DNA of 61,903 nucleotides, the filler included, from Bipalium vagum (Eukaryota): assembly GCA_037834085.1 (NCBI GenBank). It is 3 parts of 3 records of this genome, joined end to end, with 100 filler letters (N's around TTAATTAATTAA, not from the genome) between each part and the next. Parts side by side here need not be neighbours in the genome. Positions count along the whole stretch, not along the records: positions 1 to 16,926 come from JBBMKC010085951.1; positions 17,027 to 34,591 come from JBBMKC010061118.1; 1 more part is not named here. One strand, 5' to 3'. A model generated the notes under the pieces. The model saw nothing but the letters and a program-made list of their open reading frames with translations. It had not been told where the DNA came from and did not search any database. The position numbers and the translations under genes were made by a program. Within the stretch, counting starts at the first letter, position 1. Each line of letters begins with the position of its first letter. Positions 12,342-23,399 of the stretch are shown here, piece after piece.

Positions 12342-12462
12342 AATAGATGAAATAAAAATGTATGACTTTGATTTTAATAAAAGACAGATAGAATATTTAA
12401 AAAATGGTAATATAATAACTTATCCATATGGATATTAAAAATTTTATTCTTCAGAAAAAAAT
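12342..12462 (+). repeat. Diverged direct repeat of the pPolB 3' end (copy of ~11688-11807)
   Basis: DEIKMYDFDFNKRQIEYLKNGNIITYPYGY* versus GEIKMYDFDFKKRQIKYLDNGNVITYPYGY*, with shared downstream aaattttattct(t/c)agaaaaaaat. Confidence 0.9.
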
Positions 12463-12701
12463 ACTTATTGTATATCTATACTAAAAGAAAATTAAAAATT
12501 TATAAAAATTAAAAAATTATAAAATTTATAAAAAAGAAAAAAATATCGTAAAATGGCAATAAAAAATGCAGTAAAAAATTTTTGGATGCCTAAATATCCC
12601 CTGATTTAAAATAATTAAATTTTGCTAGTCTTTTAGAATGACCAACAGAATTTATATAGTAATATTTTTGAGGGGATTAAAAATCAAATTTTATTTTAAA
12701 A

Positions 12702-13223
12702 ATGGCGAATACAAATTTCATTACTGAAAATTGTCAATCTGTAAATTTTAAAACATGTTTACAATGTTTTCAAAAGAAACCTATTTCTGCAATTTATTCA
12801 AAAATGAATAAATGTGAAAATTGTCTTAAATTTAATGTAACACAACATAGAAAGATTCCAGAAAATAGAATAAAATATAATGCGTATCATAGAAATAGAA
12901 TACAAGAAAATCCAATGTTAAAACTTCAAGAAAATTTATATACCAGTTTAAATAGATGTTTAAAAAAACAGAGAGAATCTGAACAAATAAAAATGTTAAT
13001 CGGATGTAGTTTTGATTTTTATATGAGTGAATTGATTTTCAATTTTATGATGGAATGATATGGGAAAACAAAGGATGTTTTTGGCGTATTGATCATGTTC
13101 TTTCCGTTTCAAAATTTGATTTTGAATAAAGATCATTTTAAAATATGTCGGAATTGGAAAAATTTAAGACCATTAAGATCTGATAAAAATCTAAGTAAAA
13201 GTATTAAAATTTATTATGAATAA
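12702..13223 (+). pseudogene. HNH endonuclease (giant-virus/NCLDV-like type), frameshifted
   Basis: N-terminal KTCLQC...CENC Zn ribbon and LIGCSFDF; after frameshifts MIWENKGCFWRIDHVLSVSKFD and ICRNWKNLRPLRSDKNLSKS, matching WHIDHxxP...CFNWxNLRPL...NLSK. Confidence 0.8.
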
Positions 13224-13264
13224 AATAAAGCATAAAATAAATTTTTTTTAAAAATACAAGATAA

Positions 13265-14513
13265 TTATAATTCAATCTTTTTTGCTTTACTTTCATAATT
13301 AATCATTTTTCCACCTTCACGTTTAATATCCACAAATTTCTCATGTAATAAAACATAATTTAAAAATCCTTTAAAATCATTTTCTTTTTCAATAAGTAAA
13401 GTAATTTTTGCTCCTTTTATACACAGATTTTCTGCTTGATCTGTTAAATCAAAACAAAATATGGAATATAATTTTTCAAATTCTAATAAAGATAACTATG
13501 GATCATTCTTAACATATTTATATGCTTCTACATAATTCAAATAGGTTTCATCATTGTATGCTTTTTAAAGTTTATTGGTTATAAAGGATAATAAGTATCA
13601 ACAAGTTGAATTTGTAAAGATTTAATTTTTTCTTGAACAAATAAACTATTATTTTTCTTAAACCAAATATTTATTTCTATAAAAGAAATAAATAAACATA
13701 TTGGAATATTAGGTATATTTTATATTTGTAATGTTTAAGTTGTTCCTTCAGTTAATTTTAATTCTCAACAACTTCTACATAGAAAATTAATATTAATATT
13801 TTTATCATCACTCATTCTTTGGATAAGATCTAATCTTACTTTTTTGTTAAATTTTAAAGATGGAATAAATAATGAAAGTTTTTCAATCTTATTTTAGGTT
13901 CATGTTTTTCTACAACTTTTTGTGTTCCATAAAATATTAATTTTTTTACATTAGTTATTCTAATAATGTTATTTCCCCTTGAATATTATATACAACTTTT
14001 CTAAAATATTGTAAAAATTTAAATATTATTTTTTTTGGAAATCTTCCTCTAAATGTATTATGTGAATATAAAATTTTTCTAGATTTAAAACATTTATTGT
14101 TTTTACGTTCATTCTCTTTAATTTTATCAGGAATCCATCCAAATAATTCTCCATTATTATTTTTATCAATCATTACAAAATTTGTTATGGAATTTGGTGG
14201 ACAAAATTTTTGAATATTTTCTATTTCTGTTTATCCTAATTTTAATGAAGCATTTGAAAATAAATAAGGAAAAATGTTATTTTGCAATATTATATTTTTT
14301 TCTGCTTTAACATTTTTTATTTTAATTTCATAAATAAAATATACATTACATATATCTAAAGGATTTGTTTTAGGTGTTATTGTAAATGTTAAATTTCCTG
14401 TGTCATTTAAATTTGTTAATATTTCTGGATCTAAGCTTACTTAATAATAATGTTTTCTCAGATGCTGTTTTTCGATGATAGTAATTTTTATCATTAATCA
14501 ACGTTTCTTCCAT
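13265..14513 (-). pseudogene. Polinton major capsid protein (double jelly-roll type), degenerate
   Basis: ATG 14513: MEETLIND...LNDTGNLTFTI...LQNNIFPYLFSNASLKLG*TEIE...GELFGWIPD...FRGRFPKKIIFKFLQYFRKVVYN; C-terminal YFCFDLTDQAENL...KKIEL*; lies next to the ATPase and minor capsid genes. Confidence 0.8.
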
Positions 14514-14568
14514 TTTTAATAAGAAAAAAAAAATTTTTGGAAAAATAAAAATTAAGAAAAATAAATTT

Positions 14569-15298
14569 TTATTCAAATGCTGATGGCATTATCTGTTTTG
14601 TGTCTAAATTTATATACAAATGATTATGTTTTTGCTTCATATGAAAATCAAATAAATAATCAAATTCTTTTTCTAAAAGCTGAGATTACATTTTTGAATA
14701 AATTTTGGATTTATCATTTATAGAAATTTCAAATAAAATTAAAAGATAGGAATTATTTCTTATATCTCTTAAAGGTAAATTAAAAAAAGATTGTGATAAA
14801 TATATTACTGAACATTTTGTATGTCTTCCTCTTGTAAAATACATTTCTATAATATGTTGATTTTTTTCATTTACAACATCATCAAAAATAATTAAAATTT
14901 TCTCTGGTGGTTGAATTTCATTAGGTTTATCAGATAATGTTACTTTAATTTCTCGGACTTTTTTTCCTTCAGTTTCGCTTTCTTTATATTTGTAGTTTTC
15001 TTCATCAAATTTATATTTTTTTATTTTTGATATGCTGATAGGCTTCTTCTTTTGATAATCCATAATCAAAACAATCTTTAATATATTTTAATGTTGGTTG
15101 AAGAAAAGCAATTATAGAAAAAATAATCAAATTGGTATAATCAATATAATCTATTTTTAATAGCATATTATATAATAACATTGTTTTTCCTGATATAGAA
15201 GGATCAATAATTAACATTCTAAAAATTTGTGGTAAATTGGAATGATGTTTAAATTTTACAGAATTATTATTTAAGAAATCATCACAATCAAATTCCAT
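14569..15298 (-). pseudogene. A32/FtsK-like genome packaging ATPase, frameshifted
   Basis: Degenerate Walker A RMLIIDPSISGKT; Walker B LIIFDD; YFTRGRH; IYLSQSFF; IRNN. Split across ORFs 15011-15298 and 14686-15069 and continuing past a stop to ...PSAFE*. Confidence 0.92.
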
Positions 15299-15325
15299 TT
15301 TTAAAAATATAATTTGACTTACTAT

Positions 15326-16128
15326 TTAAACTTGTTTGAGGTGCATTTAAAAACTAATTTCTTCTTCATTAAAGTCTATTAATTCTCTGTTATCATCCAT
15401 TATTCTAAACGTAATAATAATTATAATACAATTAATAATATCAATATTTTTTGTAATCACAGGAAAATAAATAGGAAAATTTGGTTTTTTATTAATTTTA
15501 TATCCTCTTTTTACAGTATTCGTAGGAAAATCATAAATAATAGTTGTTTTTTATTATTAAAATATAATCCACTTACAATATCACATTCAACCATAAGTGT
15601 ATTTATATCTGAAATATTATCTTTTTGAGGATAATGAACTCCTTCTTCATAAGATTAATTTACTTCAAATCCTAAGAAATTTGCTAATGAATTTTGAACA
15701 GGAAAAAATATTTTACGACTAGATATTTCTATTATTCAATTACCAGAAATTGGATTAGCAACAATCTTAAAATAAAATTTATCTTTTTCTAAAACTACTA
15801 ACTCTTTGTCATATTTAAATTGAAACTCGATTGAATTAGATATTTCTGAAATTTCTTATGCTCTAGGAGTTAGTTTGAAATTTTATTTTTTATTTTTACC
15901 TTTTGAATCTGTAATTTTTAAATTCATTCTATTATTTTTTCAGTATTATTAAAAATTGAATTATACGTTGAAAAATATACTAAACCTAATTCATAGTTTA
16001 AATTGTCTTTAATCTAATCTTTATTTTATTTTTGAACTATTGCTTTTTATGAGAAATGAAGTTGAAAATTTTAGAGATAAAAGGTTTGTTATTTTTTTTA
16101 ACGATTCGGAAGCTATGCTTGGTTTCAT
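15326..16128 (-). pseudogene. Polinton minor capsid (penton) protein, degenerate
   Basis: NYELGLVYFSTYNSIFN; SLANFLGFE; ISDINTLMVECDIVSGLYFN; IIYDFPTNTVKRGYKINKKPNFPIYFPV; ITFRIMDDNRELIDFNEEEISF*MHLKQV*. Start position is approximate. Confidence 0.85.
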
Positions 16129-16264
16129 TTTTTTCATATCTTTATATTTTTCATATCTATGAAAAAACATAATCTCATTAATTTTTATATTTTCTAAATT
16201 AAAATTTTATAGAGAAATTTGTGAATCAATTGAAAATTCAATTAGTAAACTTTATTTATTTCAA

Positions 16265-16477
16265 ATGAAAGCTTTAGAAGATAAAATTTTAACAAATGAA
16301 GAAATCGAACAAGCAAAAATAATTATTAAGGAATGTAAAAAGAATATTAAAAAAATAAAATCAGTAAATGAAATTGCAAAAATAAATAATGAAGCAAAAA
16401 AAGAATTGAAAAAAGAATTGAAAAAAGAGTATAGAGCAGCTGTAAAACAGCTTAGTGTTAAAGTCACAAAACATTAA
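16265..16477 (+). CDS. Small Lys/Glu-rich coiled-coil ORF (70 aa), unknown function
   Basis: Intact ATG ORF with a KKEL-KKEL-KKEY repeat, located inside the Polinton cluster. Confidence 0.4.
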   Translation: MKALEDKILTNEEIEQAKIIIKECKKNIKKIKSVNEIAKINNEAKKELKKELKKEYRAAVKQLSVKVTKH

Positions 16478-16778
16478 AAAATATTAATAAAAAAACTAAT
16501 TAATTTAATTTAATTTTTTTTTAAAAATGAGTGACTTATATAACATAAAAATTTTTCAGTTAAATAAATTTTTATATTTATTAGAGACTTTTCCTGAATT
16601 AAAAAATATAAAAATAAATTCTCTTCAAGATATTTATAATTTTTAGAAATAGAATATTATGACTACCCTTGGTAGTACTCTACAAGTAAAAAAAATTAAT
16701 TATCAAAGGTTGGCTTACAACTTGTAAATTTGTTTTACATTCACCTCAAACAAGTATAAGTAAAAAAAATAGTAAAAA

Positions 16779-16926
16779 ATGGAATTTTATTGTGATGATT
16801 TCTTAAATAATAATTCTGTAAAATTTAATCACTATTCTAAGTTACCCTTAATTTTTCGAATGTTAATAATTGGTCCTTCTGGTTCAGGAAAAACAATGTT
16901 ATTATATAATATGTTATTAAAAAAAA
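16779..16926 (+). CDS. Second packaging ATPase copy (N-terminus, intact Walker A), cut by assembly gap
   Basis: MEFYCDDFLNNNSVKFNHYSKLPLIFRMLIIGPSGSGKTMLLYNMLLK; preceded by a minor-capsid tail (HLKQV*) at ~16743-16760. Confidence 0.88.
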
Positions 16927-16970
16927 NNNNNNNNNNNNNNNNNNNNNNNNNNNNNNNNNNNNNNNNNNNN

Positions 16971-16982
16971 TTAATTAATTAA
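16971..16982. other. Artificial scaffold linker TTAATTAATTAA between N runs
   Basis: Palindromic six-frame stop cassette flanked by N runs of similar length; identical at 34636. Confidence 0.9.
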
Positions 16983-17029
16983 NNNNNNNNNNNNNNNNNN
17001 NNNNNNNNNNNNNNNNNNNNNNNNNNTAA

Positions 17030-17080
<51 letters not shown>

Positions 17081-17103
17081 GAATAATAATAATAATAATA
17101 ATA
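17030..17103. repeat. (AAT)n microsatellite
   Basis: Near-perfect AAT run with one AAG interruption. Confidence 0.95.
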
Positions 17104-17938
17104 CGAATATATTGTGTAAAATGAAATGTAGCATTCGCCTGTCACAAAAGATTTTTCAGGACTGGATTCCAATGGAAATAAAGAATCAATTCAATTAGTT
17201 AGAAAAAATGTTGAAGACAAGCTCGGAGAAACTGAAAACTCTTGACTAAATAATGTATATAATATAACATAACATTTGCCTTGAAACATGGCAGTAAACT
17301 GAAATACACATACGGAAACAAACAAACCACCAGACAAACCCAACCAACCCGACCCGGACAGGGACCCAACATTAACAGAGATCGACAACACACACGCGCA
17401 CACTGACGAAGATGACAGCGAATCTAAAAATACAAACTGACTAAACAAAATCCAATTTGTCAGATTCTTTGCATAAATTCTGCCTGCAAATGTTGTACAG
17501 TGCTTGTCCGTTTATTTTAGAAATAGTTTTCCATTGTCAAATGGAAATAGAGCTCACGTGCTTATCTATAATTGTTTGTTCGATCACGTGATTTGTAATT
17601 TTGTCTATTTCAGCGTTTGTTATTAATATTATTGAAAATTGAAATATGATTTATTTTGCTTCATAATGAAAAAATACTTTCGCACTCGATTTTTTTTCCT
17701 GTTCTGTTTTCAAAACAATACAGATAGAAACGGTAATTGAATCACTTTGATTCAAGTGTAAATGAAAAACGTCTGAACAATTAAAAATATATTTTTTTTA
17801 AAATAAATATAATAATAATTGTCGATCTGAAACAGAATACAATGGTTGGTCCCAAATATTGAATATCGGACTATCGACCAATATTGTATAATGTTAATTA
17901 TATTAATTTGACAATATTATTTTGACTTGGACGCACTT

Positions 17939-18076
17939 TCAGGCTGCGGCTTTTGGAAAATTAATCAGACCATCTTGCATCATATTGCTGCAGGAACGGC
18001 TGTCCGGATTATCAACGTGTAAGCTTATCATCTCTGATTCTGCCATTTCCTTTTCTATTGATACCAGGTTCCTCAC
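17939..18076 (-). CDS. Probable terminal exon of the ankyrin-repeat gene
   Basis: AG acceptor at 18077-18078; phase-0 open frame VRNLVSIEKEMAESEMISLHVDNPDSRSCSNMMQDGLINFPKAAA*; GC higher than flanks; phase matches the exon ending at 20623. Confidence 0.5.
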   Translation of the reverse strand: MRNLVSIEKEMAESEMISLHVDNPDSRSCSNMMQDGLINFPKAAA

Positions 18077-19419
18077 CTTTATTAATTAATGATGATAATA
18101 ATCATGGGGAAATAAATAATGATTAAAAAAACAATTATTGTGTGAAATAGAAATATGATTTTCTCTCTGTGTCACATTAAATGTGGTAAATTGTGAAATT
18201 AAAATTGAGTGCAATTAGAATGATCAAGTGTGTGAAATATCAATAGAGAGTGATCAACTTGGAAAATGGTGCTTCATTAATTTTCCGTGATAATTTCATG
18301 GAGTGGCAATGATCATTTATGTTTCGTCAATCAAAGCCTCTCGTTGATGTTTAGAACATTTATTCATTTAAAACTAAGAGAATGTTTCGACCCTGGTACA
18401 AAAGCCAATAATGATGGTGTTTATTATCTGTTACTGGTGTTTTTATAAGTTCTGATGCTTCGCTGTCAGATTAATCTTTCCAAGGCACTTTCAATAACAT
18501 ATGGCACATCTCTTCTGCCGCTATGAGTATTGCTTAAATTTAGGTTATATTCTTTTAGAGTATACCGCCAGAACACGGTTTATTACTAAGAGAGTATGAA
18601 ATGTTACATCTTCAATATTAAATGATTAAAAAATAATTATATTCGATGTCTGCTTGAAATCAGTTGCATTTAGTGAAAATTAATATTATTATAACTTTCT
18701 GATTATGAATGTCATAAACACTGACCTCTACGGCTTAATAAAAAGTAACATTTTTAGAACTTACATACTTTTTTGAAGAAGATAATGAGTCTTCAAGAAA
18801 TCTCAAATTATTTAAGACCCACGTTTCTAAATCTACTGTGCAGCGATGGACAGCAGGGTTCAATAAACAGACAAAAATAATGTCAAAATCATCAAAAATT
18901 AAGATAGACAAATGTAAAGAGAATACTGAAGCAAAAATCGAAGAAATGTCCTGAAAGTCAACTGTTGATTATGATAATTGAATACACTTGTTGTATTAGC
19001 ATTTTATTTGTGTATCATTACTATAGTAATAATATTTATTTATTTTAAAACCTTTTGGGACCAACGAAGATATTAAATCGACAGGAGATAATTGGATACA
19101 CAGGCGATATAGTGTCCTTGCTCATAAGACAAAATTAACAAAAAAATGATTTTTAGTTGGTTTATTCTTTCTGAAAATTGACCCCCAAACAGTCCTGTTT
19201 ACAATTCAAGATTTTCCTTTTAAACTGTGTCAGCAAAATTGATAACCAAAATTCACTTAAATATTAATTTTTGAAAGGTTGAAGAAAAAGTAGACAAATG
19301 CCGACTCGTGGCCTAAAGACGTTTTGAAGTTAAACATCGTGAACAAAATTTACTATTAATAAATTATTGTTTTAAAGAACCTAATTTTGTTAATCTGAAT
19401 ATGTTTTCTGGTTTATGTT

Positions 19420-20305
19420 AGAGGTATGCATAAGTTTTAGTCTTTTTAAAAATATTTTTTAATATTAGAAAGGCTAATAATTATTTGTCAGACCCATTAT
19501 TGTCGATCACTTTTAGTCTCCTTTTTGATAATTGTCGAATTCTAGAACAATAACAAGTTGTAGGTTTCGAAGGAAGGAAATTATTCGGAAATTCTCGTAT
19601 CATGGAAACATTTTTGAAGTGAAAACTGGCTAAAACTGTTGCATTGATGAGAAACAAATGATAATCTGTGGGAGTTAGGTTTGAACCTGTGAGGACGAAC
19701 TTCTCAGTCTAATTGTAAGATGATTTCCTGTGTATGTTTAGCCATATGCGGTTTTACATTATCCAGTAGCAAAATAATCTTAAGAGATCTTTATCCGAAA
19801 AAGGTCTTTTATCTCTATTTTTCAAGCAAATACAACAACTCTTTGCTTTAACGTTCGGAATTAGTAGTCATACCTACTTGAAGGAGCTCATAATGAATAG
19901 GATCCTTCATATACCACCATATGTAAAGTAAAACTTTTTTTTCGTCAAGTTTTCAGATTCCAACCTTCATAGAGCCCCTATGGATGGTTGATCAGTGACA
20001 TCAACATTTCCTTCTTTAAATCTACAAAACCAAAATATACATGTGCTGTAGGAAACTGTCTTCTCATCTAGAATAAGCATATCGAAACATTTTTGCCTCG
20101 CTAAACTCAAATCTGATGCATTATACGATGTATGCTTTTTCGTCACTCATCTTCAACGTAATTTTTGATAATATATCAGAAACTAAATTAAAATAATAAC
20201 AATTTAATAGAAAATTATGGAAATACAATTTGGAAGAAGTTAGATTATTATGTCGATTATTTAAACAATGCTCAGAAAAGGATTAAAACTTATGCATACA
20301 CCTCG
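19420..20305 (-). mobile_element. Decayed mariner element with TIRs
   Basis: Imperfect TIRs gaggtatgcataagtttta (19421) and taaaacttatgcatacacctc (20284); minus strand TVSYSTCIFWFCRFKEGN, LLLDNVKPH, NLTPTDYHLF. Confidence 0.8.
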
Positions 20306-20622
20306 TCTTTACTAATGTTAAATTTATTCGATTAATATGAACCTCTTCAAAAGTTTCAGATTTAATTTTCGATATAGTCGGTATAATAAAATAAAACCTT
20401 TGTAACAAATCTTACTACCTTGAACATCCTTTGCTAGATTTACAATTTATCAATCTTCAATAATAACTTACGTCAATAATATGTTACGTCAAGAAATGTA
20501 AACTTATTATGTTACTATATATAATATTCATGTTTTAAGATAAAGGTATATTGAAGTACAAAAAGTCTTAATCATTTTAAACTATATTTTACAAAATCAG
20601 TCAAAATCAAAACATTACTTAC

Positions 20623-20715
20623 TTCGTAATTATAAGTCCTCCTTCCTCGAGTTTTCATTTTCACGGGCGTTGGAGCTTCCAGTTCCATAATATATTCTTG
20701 GGCAGATAAATTATT
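20623..20715 (-). CDS. Ankyrin-repeat gene, internal exon
   Basis: ag|NNLSAQEYIMELEAPTPVKMKTRGRRTYNYE|gtaagt, 93 nt, after a 49-nt intron (20716-20764). Confidence 0.75.
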
Positions 20716-20764
20716 CTAACATACACTGTAAATGATGTATTAAAAGTAATAAAAAAATATAAAC

Positions 20765-20982
20765 CACGTCTTTATCACGCAAATTGATGGAGTTGCTGTT
20801 TGATATAATAGATAATATTTGACGTTGATCCTTTAAACAAACAGCATAGTGAACAGGTGTACGTTGTAAGCAGTCTGGCTGGTTAATCAACTGGGGAAAC
20901 TGGTCACAAATTAGGCCCACCAGCTCACTATGACGGTATAGGACGGCCAAATGCAAAATATTTCGATTGCGACTATCGACAC
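20765..20982 (-). CDS. Ankyrin-repeat gene exon
   Basis: ttttag|(G)VDSRNRNILHLAVLYRHSELVGLICDQFPQLINQPDCLQRTPVHYAVCLKDQRQILSII...RDKDV|gt; two ankyrin TPLHxA-type motifs. Confidence 0.85.
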
Positions 20983-23399
20983 CTAAAATAAGTTAGCTAA
21001 TAATGCTGTTGTAAAAGTGCATGGATAATAATTTATTTTTAATATTATATAAATATAATTTTATTTATTATATAGCCAATTGCATTTATTACATTGTTAT
21101 TATTATTATTCAATATAAGTAGAAGAGCTAAGTTTTATTTTAAGGAAAAACAACAGGAGCATCATTCCCATAGGTTCCTTCTTCCATTCTCGTTAAGAAA
21201 TGGTACATGATCTAACCAAATAGGATTTTGATTGAATAAATATGTTAGACTTATTTTCATGCTTTGGACATAACTTTATTGACAAAACTGGTTCGAAATG
21301 AATTTTTAAGATTGATAAAGATGAACAACATACATGACCTTTTATATTTCATGGTCTGTGATAGTATAATAATTAACTATTATTACACATAGATCAGGCA
21401 GAAGAGCTGTTTGGTCAATTGTTGATCAATGTTGAGTTCAAGAAAAGTAAAAGATAAGATTAATAACACTTTTTACTCAATTTTGGAAAAAGAAATGTCA
21501 GCTAAATGTTTAGAGATTCTTCCTCGTACGAGTTAATACTTTCTCCTGTTATAATAGAATTTTTTTTATTAATTTTCCTTCAGTTCAGAATTTTGTTTCA
21601 CTGTTAAAAAATAAACTTAATATTTAATAATTATTATTACCTTTTTACACAAGAAAATAAACATGATTATATGTTATCAGTGATTTGAAATCAATACAAA
21701 ATAACTCCATTCTTTTTACTTATCAAGTCCCTTTGCTAATTTACCCACTTTGGTTACCTTTAAATTAAGAAAAGGTTGGGAAAATATATAATATAATTTA
21801 TCCAGAGTTTGATAAGATTAAAAGTATTCAAAATATAAAATGATTTGCTGATAATAAGTAATAATTTACAATAGGGAAACATTAAAAATAAGTTACTATA
21901 TCCAAATTAATTGTTATTTTTGGTCACTTTAAACAATTGAGATCAATGGAGATTCAGTTCCGAATTACCAGTCGACTGATCCGGAAATGGTATACATATT
22001 ATAATATACATAAAAATATCTTGCTCTACTTAAATAGACGCTCTTCTGTAAATCTGTTGATCGAAATATTTTTGGACAACATAAACTAATTTATTTTGTG
22101 ACCTTTTAATTACATATTATGATTTGACAGATTCAATATGTTTTTAGATCACTAGATCTTTATAATAAAGATAGATGTTATTGATAAACTATGGTCAATT
22201 AGGCTGAAATTGTTATTGTTGATCATCTGGAGAACTTTGGAAAAGTCTAAAAGTTTCCTTTTTAATGGAGCGGCTTTAATCAAATTTTTCAAAAAAAAAG
22301 GTTTTGGTGCATATTACACAACAGAATTAAAAAGTAACACAGACTTTATATAAATTCATAATCAGAATACGGAAATAATCGTATCATTTTGAAGTTTTAT
22401 TACATTCTAAAAATGTTTAAAGTTTTTAAAGGAAGACAAATTGAAGTATAATCGTTTCAAAAAAGAATTTAGTAATAAAAACAGGTTCAGTTTTCCTTGA
22501 ATCTCCGTTTTTATGTTTTACATAATGTAAAGGAAAAATACAAATGACCTTATCATACATAATTTTGCTCTAAAAATATATTTTTTTAAAAAATTGTCAT
22601 ATTATGTTGTTTTGTACGACCAATTATTACTTTTTCTTTAAATTTACTTTAAATATATTCCAAATTACCAATCATTAATGGGTTTTCATAAATAATTTCA
22701 GTTCTGACTACTCTATATTAGACTAAATTCTTCAGTCTGGAAATGTCAAGCTCAATAAACTTGTCCCTAATGAATTTCACAAGAAACAAGTGTCACAAGA
22801 AAATTTCATTCACACCATTTCATTTCATTTATAAATTTCATGGAACCAGTTTTTGATTGAGTCGATATATCGGAATTTAGATTATTTAAATGCTTACCAA
22901 CGGTTTTTAGGAGATTAATGCGGTTTATGGTATTAATGTTTTTTGAAACTAAGGGTAGGAGAAAGAATTTTAGGAAAATCATATTGAGAATAGAATAATT
23001 CTTCTGGACATATTACGTCACCCGAAAAGCAGTCTGTTTTTTGATCAATGTATTAAAGGTTTAAATAAAATTAATCAATAAAATTATTATACATTATTTT
23101 ATTAAATATTAATAAAGTAGTACTTTTTAAAATAATATGATTAATTAAAATAAATGCAAGTAATTTAAAAATGATTAGCCTTAAACCAGATAAAACTAAA
23201 ATTTCAAATGCCAGCTATCCTAAGGTAAACTTCGTAGGGAACCAGCTACTAGATATTACGATTAGTCTTTTGCTCCTGTACTCATGTCAGACGATAGATT
23301 TATGTACAACAGAGCCGCAGCGATTTATCATGGTTTCCTTTGACTTCAATCTGCACAGGCATAGTTCATCTTTCAAGTCTCTACATGATCACTGAAACT

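Larger units (their letters stand above)
10232..16926. mobile_element. Degenerate Polinton/Maverick (adintovirus-like endogenous virus) gene cluster
   Basis: Co-located pPolB, HNH nuclease, double-jelly-roll-type major capsid, A32-like packaging ATPase and minor capsid; extremely AT-rich, intronless, closely packed; runs into the assembly gap at 16927. Confidence 0.9.

Noticed and set aside
16975-17172. Poly-Tyr ORF (and the poly-Ile ORF at 25984)
   Set aside because: Translations of (AAT)n microsatellites and N gaps.
22898-23010. Possible upstream exon of the ankyrin gene ending in G|gtaagc
   Set aside because: Phase-compatible donor, but no ankyrin-like sequence and an ambiguous acceptor or start.
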